DNA from: an uncultured Planctomycetales bacterium
Lineage (GTDB): Bacteria > Planctomycetota > Planctomycetia > Pirellulales > PNKZ01
Reading direction: 5' to 3'
Assembly: GCA_963710365.1 (NCBI GenBank)
Contig: CAVQAC010000023.1
Location: forward strand, 7,024 to 71,023
DNA: 64,000 nt
In this document: positions 20,543-31,972 of the stretch, in pieces
Position numbering within the stretch: position 1 is the stretch's first letter
Layout: each line of letters starts with the position of its first letter
The notes under the pieces: model-generated
Told to the model about the DNA's origin: nothing
Seen by the model: only the letters and a program-made list of their open reading frames with translations
Databases searched by the model: none
Translations under genes and position numbers: made by a program

Positions 20543-22144
20543 ATGAAGCCGCTCGTATTCATCGCCGCATTGATTCTCAGCCTCGCGTTGGTCGAACGGC
20601 TGCGGGCCGAGGATCCAGCGGAACAGTTCGAGCTTGTCGTGGTGGGGGGCACGCCGGGCGGTATCGCCACGGCCGTGACGGCGGCTCGGCTCGGGCGATC
20701 GGTGGCGTTGGTCGAATATCATCGCCATATTGGCGGTATGAGCGCCAGCGGACTTGCGCAAGCGACATCGAAAACCGCGCCATGATCCAGGGTTTCTTCC
20801 GCGAGTTTGTGGATCGCGTCCGGGCGCACTACGTCACCGCCTACGGCGAGAAATCGGAGCAGGTCGGCCTTTGCAAGGACGGCTATTGGTATGAGCCGTC
20901 GGTGGCCGAGAAGATCTTCGAGGGCTTCCTGAAGGAACATCCATTGTTAAAGGTGTTCAAGAATCACCAATTGGAAACCGCTCGGACGAAGAATGGGCGG
21001 CTGGTGAGCGTCGCAGTGAAAGATCGCGCCTCCGGCCAGCGGCGCTCGCTACGGGCGAAAGTGTTCGCTGATGCGACCTATGAGGGTGATCTGCTGGCAG
21101 GCGCGCGCAGAGTTCCGGTTGGGCCGCGAGTCACGCCAGGAGTTCGGGGAACCGCATGCGGGCCACATTTATAATTTGCCCGGCGGCGAACGTCTGGGCG
21201 GGACCGGCGCAGCCGACCAACGACTTCCGGCCTATACGTTCCGGCTTTGCTTAAGTTCGGATCCGGCAAATCAGGTTCCGCTCGCTGGCGCCGCCGGCAG
21301 GCTATGACCGCACGCGTTATCTGGGCTACTTCGACGATTTGAAACGCGGTCGCTATGGCAAAAACCTGACGACCATCGCTTTCACGCTGCGCTCGTTGCC
21401 AAATGACAAGATCGACGTAAATATGAAGCCTACGCCGCTGGGATTTGTATTCGCCGAGGAAAACGTGGGTTACATCCAGGCTGACTGGACGGGCCGCGAG
21501 CAAATCACGGCGAACATTCGCAATCTCTCGCTTGGGTTACTCTGGTTTTTGCAAAACGACGAGCAGGTGCCGTCCGACGCTAGAGCCACGGCCCGTAAGT
21601 TCCACCCTTGCCGTGACGAGTTTGCGGACTACGACCACTTCCCCTTTCAACTCTACGTCCGCGAAGGCCGGAGACTGGTTGGCGAGTACATTTTGAGCGA
21701 ACGCAATATCACGGAGCAGCCAGGCCTCGTCTCCGAGCGCATCCACGCCGACGCCATCACGGTGGGCGAGTTTCCGATTGATAGCTTTCCTACGCAAAAA
21801 CGCCAGCCCATGGACGATCGCATCCTCGAGGGCTACCTGGGCATGTTGCGCGATATCACACGCCCGTACCAGGTTCCGTATCGAATTATGATCCCAAAGA
21901 AACTCGAGGGACTGATCGTTCCTGTCGCGGCCAGCACGACGCACGTTGCTTTTTCGAGCGTTCGGCTAGAGCCCACCTGGATGGCGTTGGGCCAGGCGGC
22001 CGGAGTCGCCGCGCACCTGTCGCTGGTACACGGCGTCGAACTACGCGCGGTACCGGTCGCCGAATTGCAGGCCATCCTGCGCAAACAGGCGCGATCCTTG
22101 AATGGGACAGCGCTGGAGCCAAGACGACAGCTAGCGCTCGCTGA
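20543..22144 (+). CDS. FAD-dependent oxidoreductase (secreted; frameshifted), paralog of 17308-19056
   Basis: MKPLVFIAALILSLALVERLRA signal and VVVGGTPGGIATAVTAARLG motif. Also FADATYEGDLLA, AYTFRLCLS, FPFQLYVREGRRLVG, STTHVAFSSVRLEPTWMALGQAAG. The stop at 22142-22144 is inferred after a frame correction. Confidence 0.75.
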
Positions 22145-22204
22145 ACCAGGATCGCAGACGCGATTGGATGATGCCGGCCGACGATTGCATTGGCCGTGGC
22201 AGGA

Positions 22205-23698
22205 TCATTTCGACTCCTCTTTCAAAGTCGCCCAGCGGGCGCGCAACGTATCGAGTTCTTTCGCGAACATGGGATCGTTCACCAGATTCGCCACTTCCCG
22301 TGGGTCCGAACGTAGATCGTAGAGCTCTTCGACGAGCGGCTTGGCGTCGGTCCACCGCATGTACGCCCAGTCCTCCGTCCGCACTCCTTCGCTGGCGGGA
22401 ATTGCCGCGGGTCCAGAAAAATGGTGCTCGTAGAAGAAGTCGGTCCGCCAATCTTTGGGCGTTCGATCGTTTTCGAGAACGGGCAGCAGGCTGCGGCCTT
22501 GCATCGACGCGGGAATCGGCAAGCCTGCCAGATCCAGCAGGGTTGGCGCGAAATCGACATTGAGGGTCATTGCCTCGATCTTGCGTCCCCGTGAGGCGCG
22601 CGGTTGGCGAGGCTCGTAAACAATCAGCGGAATCCGGACGTCTTCTTCGTACATGAACCACTTGTCCGCCATGCCCCGGTCTCCCAGCGCATAACCATTG
22701 TCGGACGTGAACAAAATCACGGTGTTTTCCGACAGCTTGCCGTGTTCGAGCGCCTCGACAATCCGGCCGACCTCCCGATCGATGCCGGTGATCAACCGAT
22801 AGTAATCGCGAATGGTGCTCTGTGCCCTGTTCGGGGTATCGAATCGCCGCTTCCAGCGTTTCCGACCTTCGGAGTCTTGCACGAATGGAGGCAACCGTCG
22901 GAACGCCTCGTCGGTTGCTAGTGGCGGAACCGGCATCAGCAGGCCATCGTACAAATGTTCGTCACGCGGGTCAGGTGGATACTCGCGCGGCTGCCCATCG
23001 CGTGCGTGCGGGGCGTTGAAGCTGAGTGAAAGGCAGAACGGCTTCCCCGGCGTGCAACCGGACAGGAACTCCAACGCTTCGTTGCCAAAGCGCGCCGTTT
23101 TATGCGTGTGCGCGGAGTCGTCTTCGTCGAAGAACATGCCTGCCTGCCCGGGCAGTCCGCGCCAGAAATCGAAAGTCTGACGCTTCAATTCCAGATCCTT
23201 CGCCGAGCCGACGCCAAATTTGCCGATGAAGCCGGTACGATAGCCGGCCCCGCGAAGCAGGGCGGGATAGGAATTCGCCCACTGCTGATCGCTGAGCGCC
23301 GTGTTGCTGCGCTCGATACCATGCCGGCTGTACCACTGCCCCGTGAACATCGTGGCGCGGCTGACCCAGCAGATCGAGGTTGTCACGAAGCAGTTCTCGA
23401 ACAGCACCCCCTCGGCCGCGAGTCGGTCGATGTTCGGCGTCTGAACGATCGGGTCGCCCATGCAACCGAGCGTGTTCCAACGCAGGTCGTCAGCCACGAT
23501 GAAGACCAAATTTGGCGGCCCGTCCGCGGCAAGTACGGCGGAGCCCACGACGGGCAGGACTATCAGGATTGCGGCAAGAACGAGAATCACAAGCGATGTG
23601 GCGCACGGGCGGCGGCAGGAAACATGATGACGACTCGATGGGGCCAAAACTCTCGGACAGGTTGCAATTCTAATCCGAGGATCGGACGGTCGCCACAA
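22205..23698 (-). CDS. sulfatase family protein (formylglycine-type fold, atypical CWVSR motif)
   Basis: Intact 497 aa with an N-terminal TM/signal. NLVFIVADDLRWN metal site. SICWVSRATMFTGQ occupies the position of the C-x-P-x-R motif. Also FTSDNGY. Confidence 0.85.
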   Translation of the reverse strand: MWRPSDPRIRIATCPRVLAPSSRHHVSCRRPCATSLVILVLAAILIVLPVVGSAVLAADGPPNLVFIVADDLRWNTLGCMGDPIVQTPNIDRLAAEGVLFENCFVTTSICWVSRATMFTGQWYSRHGIERSNTALSDQQWANSYPALLRGAGYRTGFIGKFGVGSAKDLELKRQTFDFWRGLPGQAGMFFDEDDSAHTHKTARFGNEALEFLSGCTPGKPFCLSLSFNAPHARDGQPREYPPDPRDEHLYDGLLMPVPPLATDEAFRRLPPFVQDSEGRKRWKRRFDTPNRAQSTIRDYYRLITGIDREVGRIVEALEHGKLSENTVILFTSDNGYALGDRGMADKWFMYEEDVRIPLIVYEPRQPRASRGRKIEAMTLNVDFAPTLLDLAGLPIPASMQGRSLLPVLENDRTPKDWRTDFFYEHHFSGPAAIPASEGVRTEDWAYMRWTDAKPLVEELYDLRSDPREVANLVNDPMFAKELDTLRARWATLKEESK

Positions 23699-23700
23699 GG

Positions 23701-24946
23701 TTAGTTACCTTTAGGTCGGCGAGATTCCTGCCAGATGATCCTTGCTGCGTAGATGCGTGCCTTCGCGCCCCAACGGTTCTTCACTGGAATGACCGGCTCT
23801 TCAGGCGGCCGCTGCATCCATTCCGTTTCGACCACCCAAGTCTCATGCTCGTTCACATCGCACACGCCGAAGTTGCCGTATCGAGCCCCATGCTCGGGAA
23901 TCAGCACCTGCTCGGTCGCTCGCTTAACGGTGAGCGCCTTCACATCAACCTCGGCAATGAAGAGCGGCGCACGGTGACGGAAAATATGGTCGTTGTTGGC
24001 GCCGCGGCGAGTGTAGACCAGGAAGAGCACGTCGCGATGTACGACCCAATGCGCCTGCGTGTTGTAGCTGCCCAAGGGGCCGCCGTCGTCCCAGGTCCAC
24101 TCTTTCAATTCCGCGAAGTGCAAGCCGTCATCGCTCGTGGCAACGAAGCCGGCAGTGTCGTGGCGAATGGTGAGAAAAAACCGGCCGCCGCATTGCGTGA
24201 TCGAAGGCTCAGCCAGACCTCGGGAGGTATTCAGGCTGAGCGTGTTGCCTTCCTCGACCACGCTGAGCTTCGTGCCGTCGAAGCGGCAGCGCAGCACTTT
24301 GACGTGATGGAACTTGTCTTGCTCTTCTTTGAAATAAATCGGCAGTAGAATGTCGCCGCCCGGGAGATCATAGCGTTGCACACAGGCTGCTCGCGCGTCG
24401 TAGCTCACGCTGCCGATCGGCATTTCGAGCACGGCCAGCGGCGCCCAGTCGTGACGCTCGGCATCGTAGGTCGTATAGCACGTATCGGCCTGGCGGTTCT
24501 TGATCGGTCCCTTGTCGTCAACGTAGCGAAACGTCACGCCGATGCCGAGCAGCTTGCCCGAGCGTGCGTGCCATTGCGGCCAGAAGTCGCCGGGCACTTC
24601 TTCGATATTCGTCTCGCCTAGCTTCCCGACCACGTGCCGCCCCAACGTATCGTGATGGGGAACCGGCCCGACCCACGTTTTGCCAAAATCGTCGGTGCGG
24701 AATTCATTCAGGTCGAAGTACACGTCGCTGCCAGTGACCAGCAGCGGGCTGGCCATTACCACAACCATCGGCGGCTGGCCCTGCGCGGGATGGCTCCGGC
24801 GCGCGCTGCGCCGAGCAAAACCGGCCGTCGTAGCCTTCGGTGATCGTATCGAGCTGAATCCGGAACGGCGAGGTCGACGCAGCATTTGGCTTCGCCAACT
24901 CTTCGGCGGCAATTGGCCATGTGGCAAGAAGCACTCTGGCCAACAT
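23701..24946 (-). CDS. BNR/sialidase-like beta-propeller glycoside hydrolase (N-terminal frameshift)
   Basis: ORF 23701-24951 plus an N-terminal signal in the frame of 24704-24997 (MLARVLLATWPIAAEE). Asp-box-like TDDFGKTW and TSDDGLHF. Confidence 0.65.
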
Positions 24947-25078
24947 GCCAAGCAGCAAAGTACTGCGGCTGAGTTTTAATTGACAGTTTGATTGCACGAT
25001 TCCGCCGAAGCAGAAAGAGTGGACAGTTCCCAGCTTCCTTGCGCTCCGTTTGAGTGGGGTTGCCCCAGGTATCGTGGC

Positions 25079-27146
25079 TTACCGCGGCGGGTCGAGCGTC
25101 ACTGTTAGCGAAACGTCTTTGCCTGCTCGTTTCACGACCACTATGACTTTCTCGCCTGATTTGTGCTTCCGCAGGGCGCTATCGAAGTCTTCCAAGTTTC
25201 CGATGCGGCTTTCGCCCAGCCGAATGATGACGTCGCCGGCTTGCATCCCCGCTTTTTCCGCTGGGCTGCCGTGGGCCACGCCACTCAAGCCGTAGCCCGG
25301 TTCGCTCTGCGAGAAATCGGGAATGCTGCCGAAATAGGGACGATCGCCACCGCCGGCCATGGCCGGGGCCTTGGTCTGCTTGTATTGCGGCCTGCCCTCC
25401 GAATCGGCCAGGTCGATCGCGGCCAAGGCCACCATCTCGGCCACGCGCCGCATGCCCGGCACGTTGATCTTGTCGAAATCGTCGCTGGGCCGGTGATAGT
25501 CCTTGTGTACGCCCGTGAAGAAGTGCATCACGGGTATTTTCTGCGCATAGAACGACGAATGATCGCTGGGCCCGAATCCGCCCGGCTGACGCGTGATCTT
25601 GAAGCCGAACTTCTCGTTCAGTTTATCGATCAGCGCGCCGAACTCGCTGGCCGTGTCGACGCCCTGGATCACCAACTTGTCATCTCTCAAGCCGGCCGAC
25701 CATGTCCATATTGAGCATGGCGACCGTCTTATCGAGCGGAAATACTGGGTGACGGCAATAGTAGGCGCTGCCGATCAGGCCTCGCTCTTCGCCGGTAAAT
25801 GCAATGAACACCACGCGGCGAGCGGGCTTCTTGTCGCGGCCGGCCAGACGACGGGCCACCTCGATCAGGGCGCTGGTGCCCGAGGCGTTGTCGTCGGCGC
25901 CATTGTGGATCTCGTGCTTGTCGGGAAAGAACGAGCCCTCGCCGCCGAGCCCCAGGTGATCGTAATGCGCCCCGACAACGACCGTCTCGTCGGCGTGCGG
26001 GCCTTCGCCCGGCAATATGCCAATAACATTCTTCACACCCGTCTCGCGGCGGACGACGCTTATTTCGCCAGCCAAACGCCATCCGGAGAGTTCGAAACTC
26101 TGCGGCTTGGGGCGCCTCGTCAATTTCCTTCTCGAGCGTCGTCAGATCCTTGGCACCCGCGGCTGTGAGCAGTTTGTCAATCGCTTCGCGGCGGCAGTGC
26201 AGCACGGGGATTTGCCCCCCTTCGCTGCCCGATCCCGCGCCGGTAAAGGGCACCAGCGGATCGAACTCGGCCTCGAGTTTTTTACCCTGCTCGTTAATCT
26301 GCTTCAGCAGCAAATCGACTAATCGATGCTGGCGTTCTGTTTCTATAAGCGTGGGTTTTTCGATCTTCTTGAACTTGGCCTCGGATTCCGTCAGTTCATC
26401 GATCGACTGTTGCCAGCGTTTTCGCGCGAGGCGACGCGGTCGCGGATTTCGTAATCGTCGGTGCAGAAGATCACGGCCGCGGCGCCATGTTCGTAGGCGT
26501 TCGAGAGCTTGCGTGAATAGGGGGCGTGGAACGAATGGTTCGTACCGTTAAACGCGCTGTGAGGATTGGCTTGCTGCGGTTCGTGACGCAGCACGATCAC
26601 GGCTTTGCCCTGAACGTCGAGCCCGGCGTAGTCGTCGTAGCCGTGATCCTTGTCGGTGATTCCATACCCAGCAAAGACCAGGGGCACGTCAAACTTGCCC
26701 GATCCGCCTAATGCCAAAGGATTGAAATCTTGGCCAAGCTTTAACTCTGTGCGGGCCGGCTTCGCCCCGCCCGTGGGCATGGGTTCGACAAAGGCCGCTT
26801 TGTTGACGGCTCCCTGCTCGGCCCCGATGGTCATTTGGAACTTTTGAAAGGGACCGCCGTCGATGACTTTCGTGTCGAGGCCAGCCTCGGCGAACATGGC
26901 AGCGACGAAATCGGCGGCCTGATCGAGCCCTTTCGTCCCTACGCCGCGACCTTCGAGTTCATCACTTGCCAAAAAGCGAACGGCTTCACCCAATCGCTGA
27001 TCACTGGCGGCTGCCGGACCAGTCTCAGCGGCAATCGAGGCTTGGGGCGACGCGAACAATACCGCTAGCAATGCCAAAGACCGCGGGCTGAAAAAATTGC
27101 GGCGATGGGTCTGCGCGCTGGGGCGTAGCATGGAAAGGTCGTGCAT
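25079..27146 (-). CDS. M28 family aminopeptidase with PA domain and C-terminal PDZ (frameshifted)
   Basis: Fragments 26391-27146 (signal plus PA-like), 25729-26313, 25680-26123 ([32 protein letters not shown]) and 25079-25690 (SDHSSF, then [19 protein letters not shown]). Confidence 0.85.
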
Positions 27147-27481
27147 GGATCGGGCAACTGCCTGTAAAGGGGTTGAAGGCGGGTTCAGCCGGTCAAACGG
27201 TTGCGGCGGCGGCCGGTTCGACGGGAACGTCGCTGGGGCCAGGGCCGCGAGGGTGTCGGGCGGGGCCTAAGCCCTTGAATTGTTGGTGCTTGCAGCGAAT
27301 GCGTCAAGCCACAATTCGCTTTTGACACGCCAGCGAACGGCCGCTATGCTCACCCCCCTTGCTCGAAGACGCGATCGGACATGGATGTCCGATCACTCGC
27401 GCAGCAGGACATGCTTCGCCCCGCCTGGCTCGGGCAACCCCGCCGCCCCGTGCCAAAACAACCCGACATGGAGGTCACGCC

Positions 27482-27871
27482 TTGGCCACAGAACGCAGCG
27501 TTCTGATCGTCGATTCTTCCGAAGAAACGCGCGAAGTGTTGCGTACAGTGCTCGAACAGCGTGGCGTTCGCACGCTTTCGGCCAGCCGTGTCACGCAGGG
27601 TTTGGCCCTGGCCCGGCAGCATCGGCCGGATGTGATCGTCTTGGATATTGAAGAAGGTCGCGACTGTTCGCCGCCGCCAGGCGGCGATTTGGTCGACGAA
27701 GCCCAAGCGCAGGCCACGCCCATGCTATTGCTGGGCAGGATTCGCCGCGACCATCCCTGCTCCGCCGGCGAGGTCGTTCCCAAACCCTATCATTACGGAC
27801 CGCTAATCCGTAAAATCGAGGCGCTGCTGGCTGGGGCCCGAAAGCCGCTCGCAGCCTCCGCAGCCGGGTGA
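27482..27871 (+). CDS. single-domain CheY-like response regulator
   Basis: TTG start 7 nt after GGAGG. SVLIVDSSEE..PDVIVLDIE..VPKPY receiver pattern with Asp acceptor and Lys retained. ORF 27359-27871 is probably over-extended at its 5' end. Confidence 0.7.
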   Translation: MATERSVLIVDSSEETREVLRTVLEQRGVRTLSASRVTQGLALARQHRPDVIVLDIEEGRDCSPPPGGDLVDEAQAQATPMLLLGRIRRDHPCSAGEVVPKPYHYGPLIRKIEALLAGARKPLAASAAG

Positions 27872-28000
27872 TCGCCCCCACTGGCCTTAAAACACTGTCG
27901 AGACGCTGAACCGTCGCCAGCGGCTTTGGCAGTGTGCTGGCCGCGTGACCGCCCGCGGGGGGTGTGCATTATTCGTTGGCCGTCGAACGGAGTTTGAGCC

Positions 28001-29807
28001 GTGCCTTCGCTGTTCGTGTTTCGGGGCAATGACCAAGGGGTTCGCTTCGAGCTAGAAGACGAAGTCCTGGGCCTGGGCCGCGACGTCTCGAACGCGATCC
28101 AACTGCACGACACCGAGGTTTCGCGGCGGCATGCCATCATTCGCCGTTCGGGCGATAGTCTACACGCTCACCGATCTGGGCAGTTCGAACGGCACGTTCG
28201 TCAACGGCAAGCGCGTCGACACCCACGAACTGGTCAGCGGCGACGAACTGCAATTGGGCAGCACGCAGATGCTGTTCACCGGCGGGGGCGAAGCGGTCAA
28301 CAGCGACCTGGCCGAAAAGATCGACATCATCACCCGCCAACAGCCCGGCGACCGCTCGCGCATCGTCCACTCGATCAGCCAGGAAGAAGGGAGCCGGATC
28401 TTCGACCTCGAATCCGAGGGAACGCAAAGCCCCTGGCTGGCGCGGGCTCGCAGCAATCTGCAGATCATGTACCGCACGGCTCTGGCCGTCAGCCACACGC
28501 TCGAAATCGACCAACTGCTCGACCGCATCATGCAGTTGATCTTCGAATGGGTCGAGGCCGACCGCGGCTGCATCATGCTGTTGCATCCCGAGACGAAGCA
28601 GCTCGAGCCGCAAGTGCCGCCGCAACCGTAGCGGCATCAATCCCGAAGAAAAGATCACGATCAGCAAGACGATTCTGGACTACGTACTGGAGCGCGGCGA
28701 AGGCGTGCTCACCAGCGACGCCCGCGAAGACAATCGCTGGAATCCGGCGGCCAGCATCCTGCAGATGGGCGTTCGCGAGGCGATCTGCGTGCCGATGCAA
28801 GGGCGCTACAACACCGTCGGCGTGATCTACATCGACACATCCACCTCGCCGCAGCGGCTGATCCAGCAGGGCGGAGCGACCAAGTTCAACGAGGAGCATC
28901 TGAAGCTGATGATCGCCATCGCCCACCAGGCGGCCTTGGCGGTCGAAGACACGCGCTACTATTCGGCCATGGTCCAGGCCGAGCGCCTGGCGGCCGTCGG
29001 GCAGACCATCGCCACGCTCTGCCATCACATCAAGAACATCCTGCAAGGCATCCGCGGCGGCAGCTTCCTGATCAAGGAAGGGCTGTCGCAGCACAACGAG
29101 GCCATGGTCGGCAAGGGCTGGGAGTTCGTCGAAAAGAACCAGGAGCGAATCTCGCACCTGGTGCTCGACATGCTCACCTTCAGCAAGGAACGCGAGCCCG
29201 AGCTGATGCCTTCGAACTTGAACCAGGTCGTGGCCGACGTAATCGAACTGATGGCTGCCCGGGCTCAGGAGCGCGGCGTCGAGCTGACGCTGGAGCAGCG
29301 ATCCAAACATGCCGACCCTGACGTTCGATCCCGAGGGCCTGCATCGAGCCGTGCTGAACATCGTCTCCAACGCCATTGATGCCTGCGACAAGGATGCCGG
29401 CGACAAGGCTACTGGCGACTGGGAAACTGCCGGCGATGACACCGCCGACGGCGAGAGACACGTCGGGCGGTGCGTTACGACCTGCTTCAACCGCCAGGCC
29501 GGCCATGTCGCGGTCAGCGTCGAAGACAACGGTCAAGGCATCGCGGCAGAAGACATGGACCAAATTTTCTCGCTGTTTGTTTCGCACAAAGGAAACCGCG
29601 GCACGGGCCTGGGGCTGCCGGTGAGCCAGAAGATCGTCAAAGAGCACGGCGGCCGCATCCGCGTCGAGAGCGAAGTTAGGCAAGGGGAGCCGTTTCGTGC
29701 TCGAATTGCCGGCGCTGCTAGGCGAAATTGTCCGTACGACGATGATTGTGCCCGAAGGAGCAGCGGTCGAATTGAGTGGAGAGCGGAAAGCCGAAAGCGG
29801 AAACTGA
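28001..29807 (+). CDS. FHA-GAF sensor histidine kinase (frameshifted)
   Basis: FHA: FRGNDQGVRFEL..LGR..IQLHDTEVSRRHA..LTDLGSSNGTFVNG. GAF: LDRIMQLIFEWVEADRGCIMLL..VGVIYID. H-box GQTIATLCHHIKNIL. N-box LNIVSNAIDA. G-boxes DNGQGI and GTGLGL. The stop at 29805-29807 is inferred after a frame correction. Confidence 0.85.
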
Positions 29808-29842
29808 CCCTCGGTTCAACCGCGTCGCTGCCTGGTGTCGAA

Positions 29843-30535
29843 TTAGGACTGACGAATCACGATGACGTGCCAATGGCCGGGGCCGTGGACGCCGGTCGTG
29901 AGCCGGAGTTCGAGATCTCCGGTCTTGCTCGGCCCCGTAATCAGAGTGATGTTGCTCGATAGCTGGTCGAAGCCGGACGATTCCAGCTCGCGGAAGACCG
30001 CGAACAAGTCGGACCGAATCTGCTCGGTCGTGATCAAGGCTACGTGTACCGGCGGAAACAGGCTGGCCATGCGCTCGCGCCCCGGTTCGGCCACCATGAC
30101 CAGCGAGCCGGTTTCGGCAACGGCCAGGGTGGCGCTGGAAATGCCGATTTCGGCTGCCAGGCACTGTTTGCGCTGGCGCGGCTGATCGAGCCGGGCGAGC
30201 CGTGTGTAGTCGAGCGGCTCGATGGACTGCGCCGCCAGCAGTTCGGCAAGTCCCAATCGTTCGAGCAACGGATGTTGCCAGCAGAGTGCTGACCGTGGAG
30301 CATTGCGCCGGAGCAGCGCGTCGAGCGCCGACTCGCGCTCGGCTAAGTTTTCCACCAACACTCCATGTCCGCCGACGGCGTTGACTTCAGCCGTCATGCT
30401 GCATGGCCAGATCTTCAACCCGTCGCAGCAGCCGGCGGTGCGTCGTTCTGACCTTCGTGAGCAGGATGTACGCGAAACGCTCTGCCGGCTGCAGCCGCCG
30501 CGCGCACGCGAGCCGAGAAATTCGTCGCGATTCAT
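29843..30535 (-). CDS. lutC: LutC/LUD-domain lactate utilisation protein (N-terminal frameshifts)
   Basis: C-terminal 185 aa (..ISSATLAVAETGSLVMV..VHVALITTEQI..ITGPSKTGDLE) match the LUD domain. The ATG of MNRDEFL overlaps the lutB stop (ATGA at 30532-30535). Confidence 0.75.
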   Translation of the reverse strand: MNRDEFLGSRARGGCSRQSVSRTSCSRRSERRTAGCCDGLKIWPCSMTAEVNAVGGHGVLVENLAERESALDALLRRNAPRSALCWQHPLLERLGLAELLAAQSIEPLDYTRLARLDQPRQRKQCLAAEIGISSATLAVAETGSLVMVAEPGRERMASLFPPVHVALITTEQIRSDLFAVFRELESSGFDQLSSNITLITGPSKTGDLELRLTTGVHGPGHWHVIVIRQS

Positions 30536-31959
30536 TGCCCCCCCTCGGATTGCCACCAATCGCGAAACGTCCGCGGCGAAGGCGCGGGGAAATCGCGTGA
30601 CGAAGTCCAACCGCGAAGCGGGCGTGGCAACCACCGCAACCAGCCGGCGCGACTCCAGCGTCCCACGGTTCGAGTGGCCAGCCAGACGGCCATTCGGTAG
30701 AGCCGTGGATGCCGCATGGTGGCAGCCCAGAGACGATAGGCAAACGCTTCGAGCACTCCGAGCTGGCCCGGTTCGTGATGCAACTGCTCGCGGAGACGAA
30801 TGAGCATTTCTGGAATTGCAATCCGCACCGGACAGGCCGCCTGACAGGCGCCACACAAACTAGAGGCGTGCGGCAAATGGCGATTGGCCACGAGCCCGTC
30901 GTACAACGGCGTGAGCACGGCGCCGATCGGTCCGGCATAAACGCCGCCGTAGGCATGGCCGCCAACATTGCGATAGATGGGGCAGGCATTCAAGCAGGCT
31001 CCGCAGCGAATGCAAAACAAGCTCTCGCGCAGTGGGCCACCCAGGATCTGCGATCGTCCGTTGTCGAGGACGATGAGATGAAACGCTTCCGGACCTTCCA
31101 ACTCGCCCGGCCGACGGGCCCCGGTAATCAGCGACGTGTAGACCGAAAGCTTCTGCCCCGTCGCCGCACGCGCCAGGACGTTGAGGAACACCGGCAAATC
31201 GGACCAGCGCGGAATGACCTTCTCCATCCCCATGATGGCGATGTGCAGCCGGGGGAGCGTCGTCGTCAGTCGGGCATTTCCTTCGTTGGAGACCAGCACA
31301 ATCGTGCCGGTCTCGGCGATGGCAAAGTTGACGCCCGTGATCCCGGCATCGGCCTCGGCGAAAGCACTTCGCAAGCGTTCCCGGGCATACGCAGCCAGCG
31401 TCTCCGGCTGGTCCACCAGCGGCCGGCCAGCGTCGCGGCTCAATAATTTGCCAACCTCAGGAACGCGGAGGTGCAGAGCAGGGGCCACGATGTGCGATGG
31501 CCGTTGGCCGGCAACCTGGATGATGTATTCGCCAAAATCGGTTTCGACGACTTCCAAGCCCGCGGCTTCCAGCGCCGGATTGAGGTGAATTTCCTCGCTG
31601 GTCATCGATTTCGACTTAACGACCCGACGGGCACCGGCCGCAGCGAGAATCTCGAGCACGAGGCGGCAGGCCTCGGCCCCGTCGAGAGCGTAATGGACAT
31701 GGCCGCCGCGGGCAACGACGCTCGCTTCGAGGTTTTGCAAGTGGACGTCGAGTTCGGCCAGCGCCGCATCCTTGATCGCCCGCGCTTCGTTCCGCAAACG
31801 ATCGCCGGCCGCAAACGCAGCAAAGGCGTCGCGATTGCGCTGCCCCAAGGTGTCGCCGAGATTTACCAGCGCCAATTGCAAGTTGGCATCGGCCAGGGCC
31901 TGGCGACTGGCTGTAAGGAATTCGTGGTGCTGGTGCCGGGTGTAGTCCGTCGGTGCCAT
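30532..31959 (-). CDS. lutB: LutB-type iron-sulfur lactate utilisation protein
   Basis: Intact 475 aa. LUD domain plus two 4Fe-4S motifs, CIRCGACLNACP and CGACQAACP. Confidence 0.88.
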   Translation of the reverse strand: MAPTDYTRHQHHEFLTASRQALADANLQLALVNLGDTLGQRNRDAFAAFAAGDRLRNEARAIKDAALAELDVHLQNLEASVVARGGHVHYALDGAEACRLVLEILAAAGARRVVKSKSMTSEEIHLNPALEAAGLEVVETDFGEYIIQVAGQRPSHIVAPALHLRVPEVGKLLSRDAGRPLVDQPETLAAYARERLRSAFAEADAGITGVNFAIAETGTIVLVSNEGNARLTTTLPRLHIAIMGMEKVIPRWSDLPVFLNVLARAATGQKLSVYTSLITGARRPGELEGPEAFHLIVLDNGRSQILGGPLRESLFCIRCGACLNACPIYRNVGGHAYGGVYAGPIGAVLTPLYDGLVANRHLPHASSLCGACQAACPVRIAIPEMLIRLREQLHHEPGQLGVLEAFAYRLWAATMRHPRLYRMAVWLATRTVGRWSRAGWLRWLPRPLRGWTSSRDFPAPSPRTFRDWWQSEGGQ

Positions 31960-31972
31960 GAATCTCCGCGAA

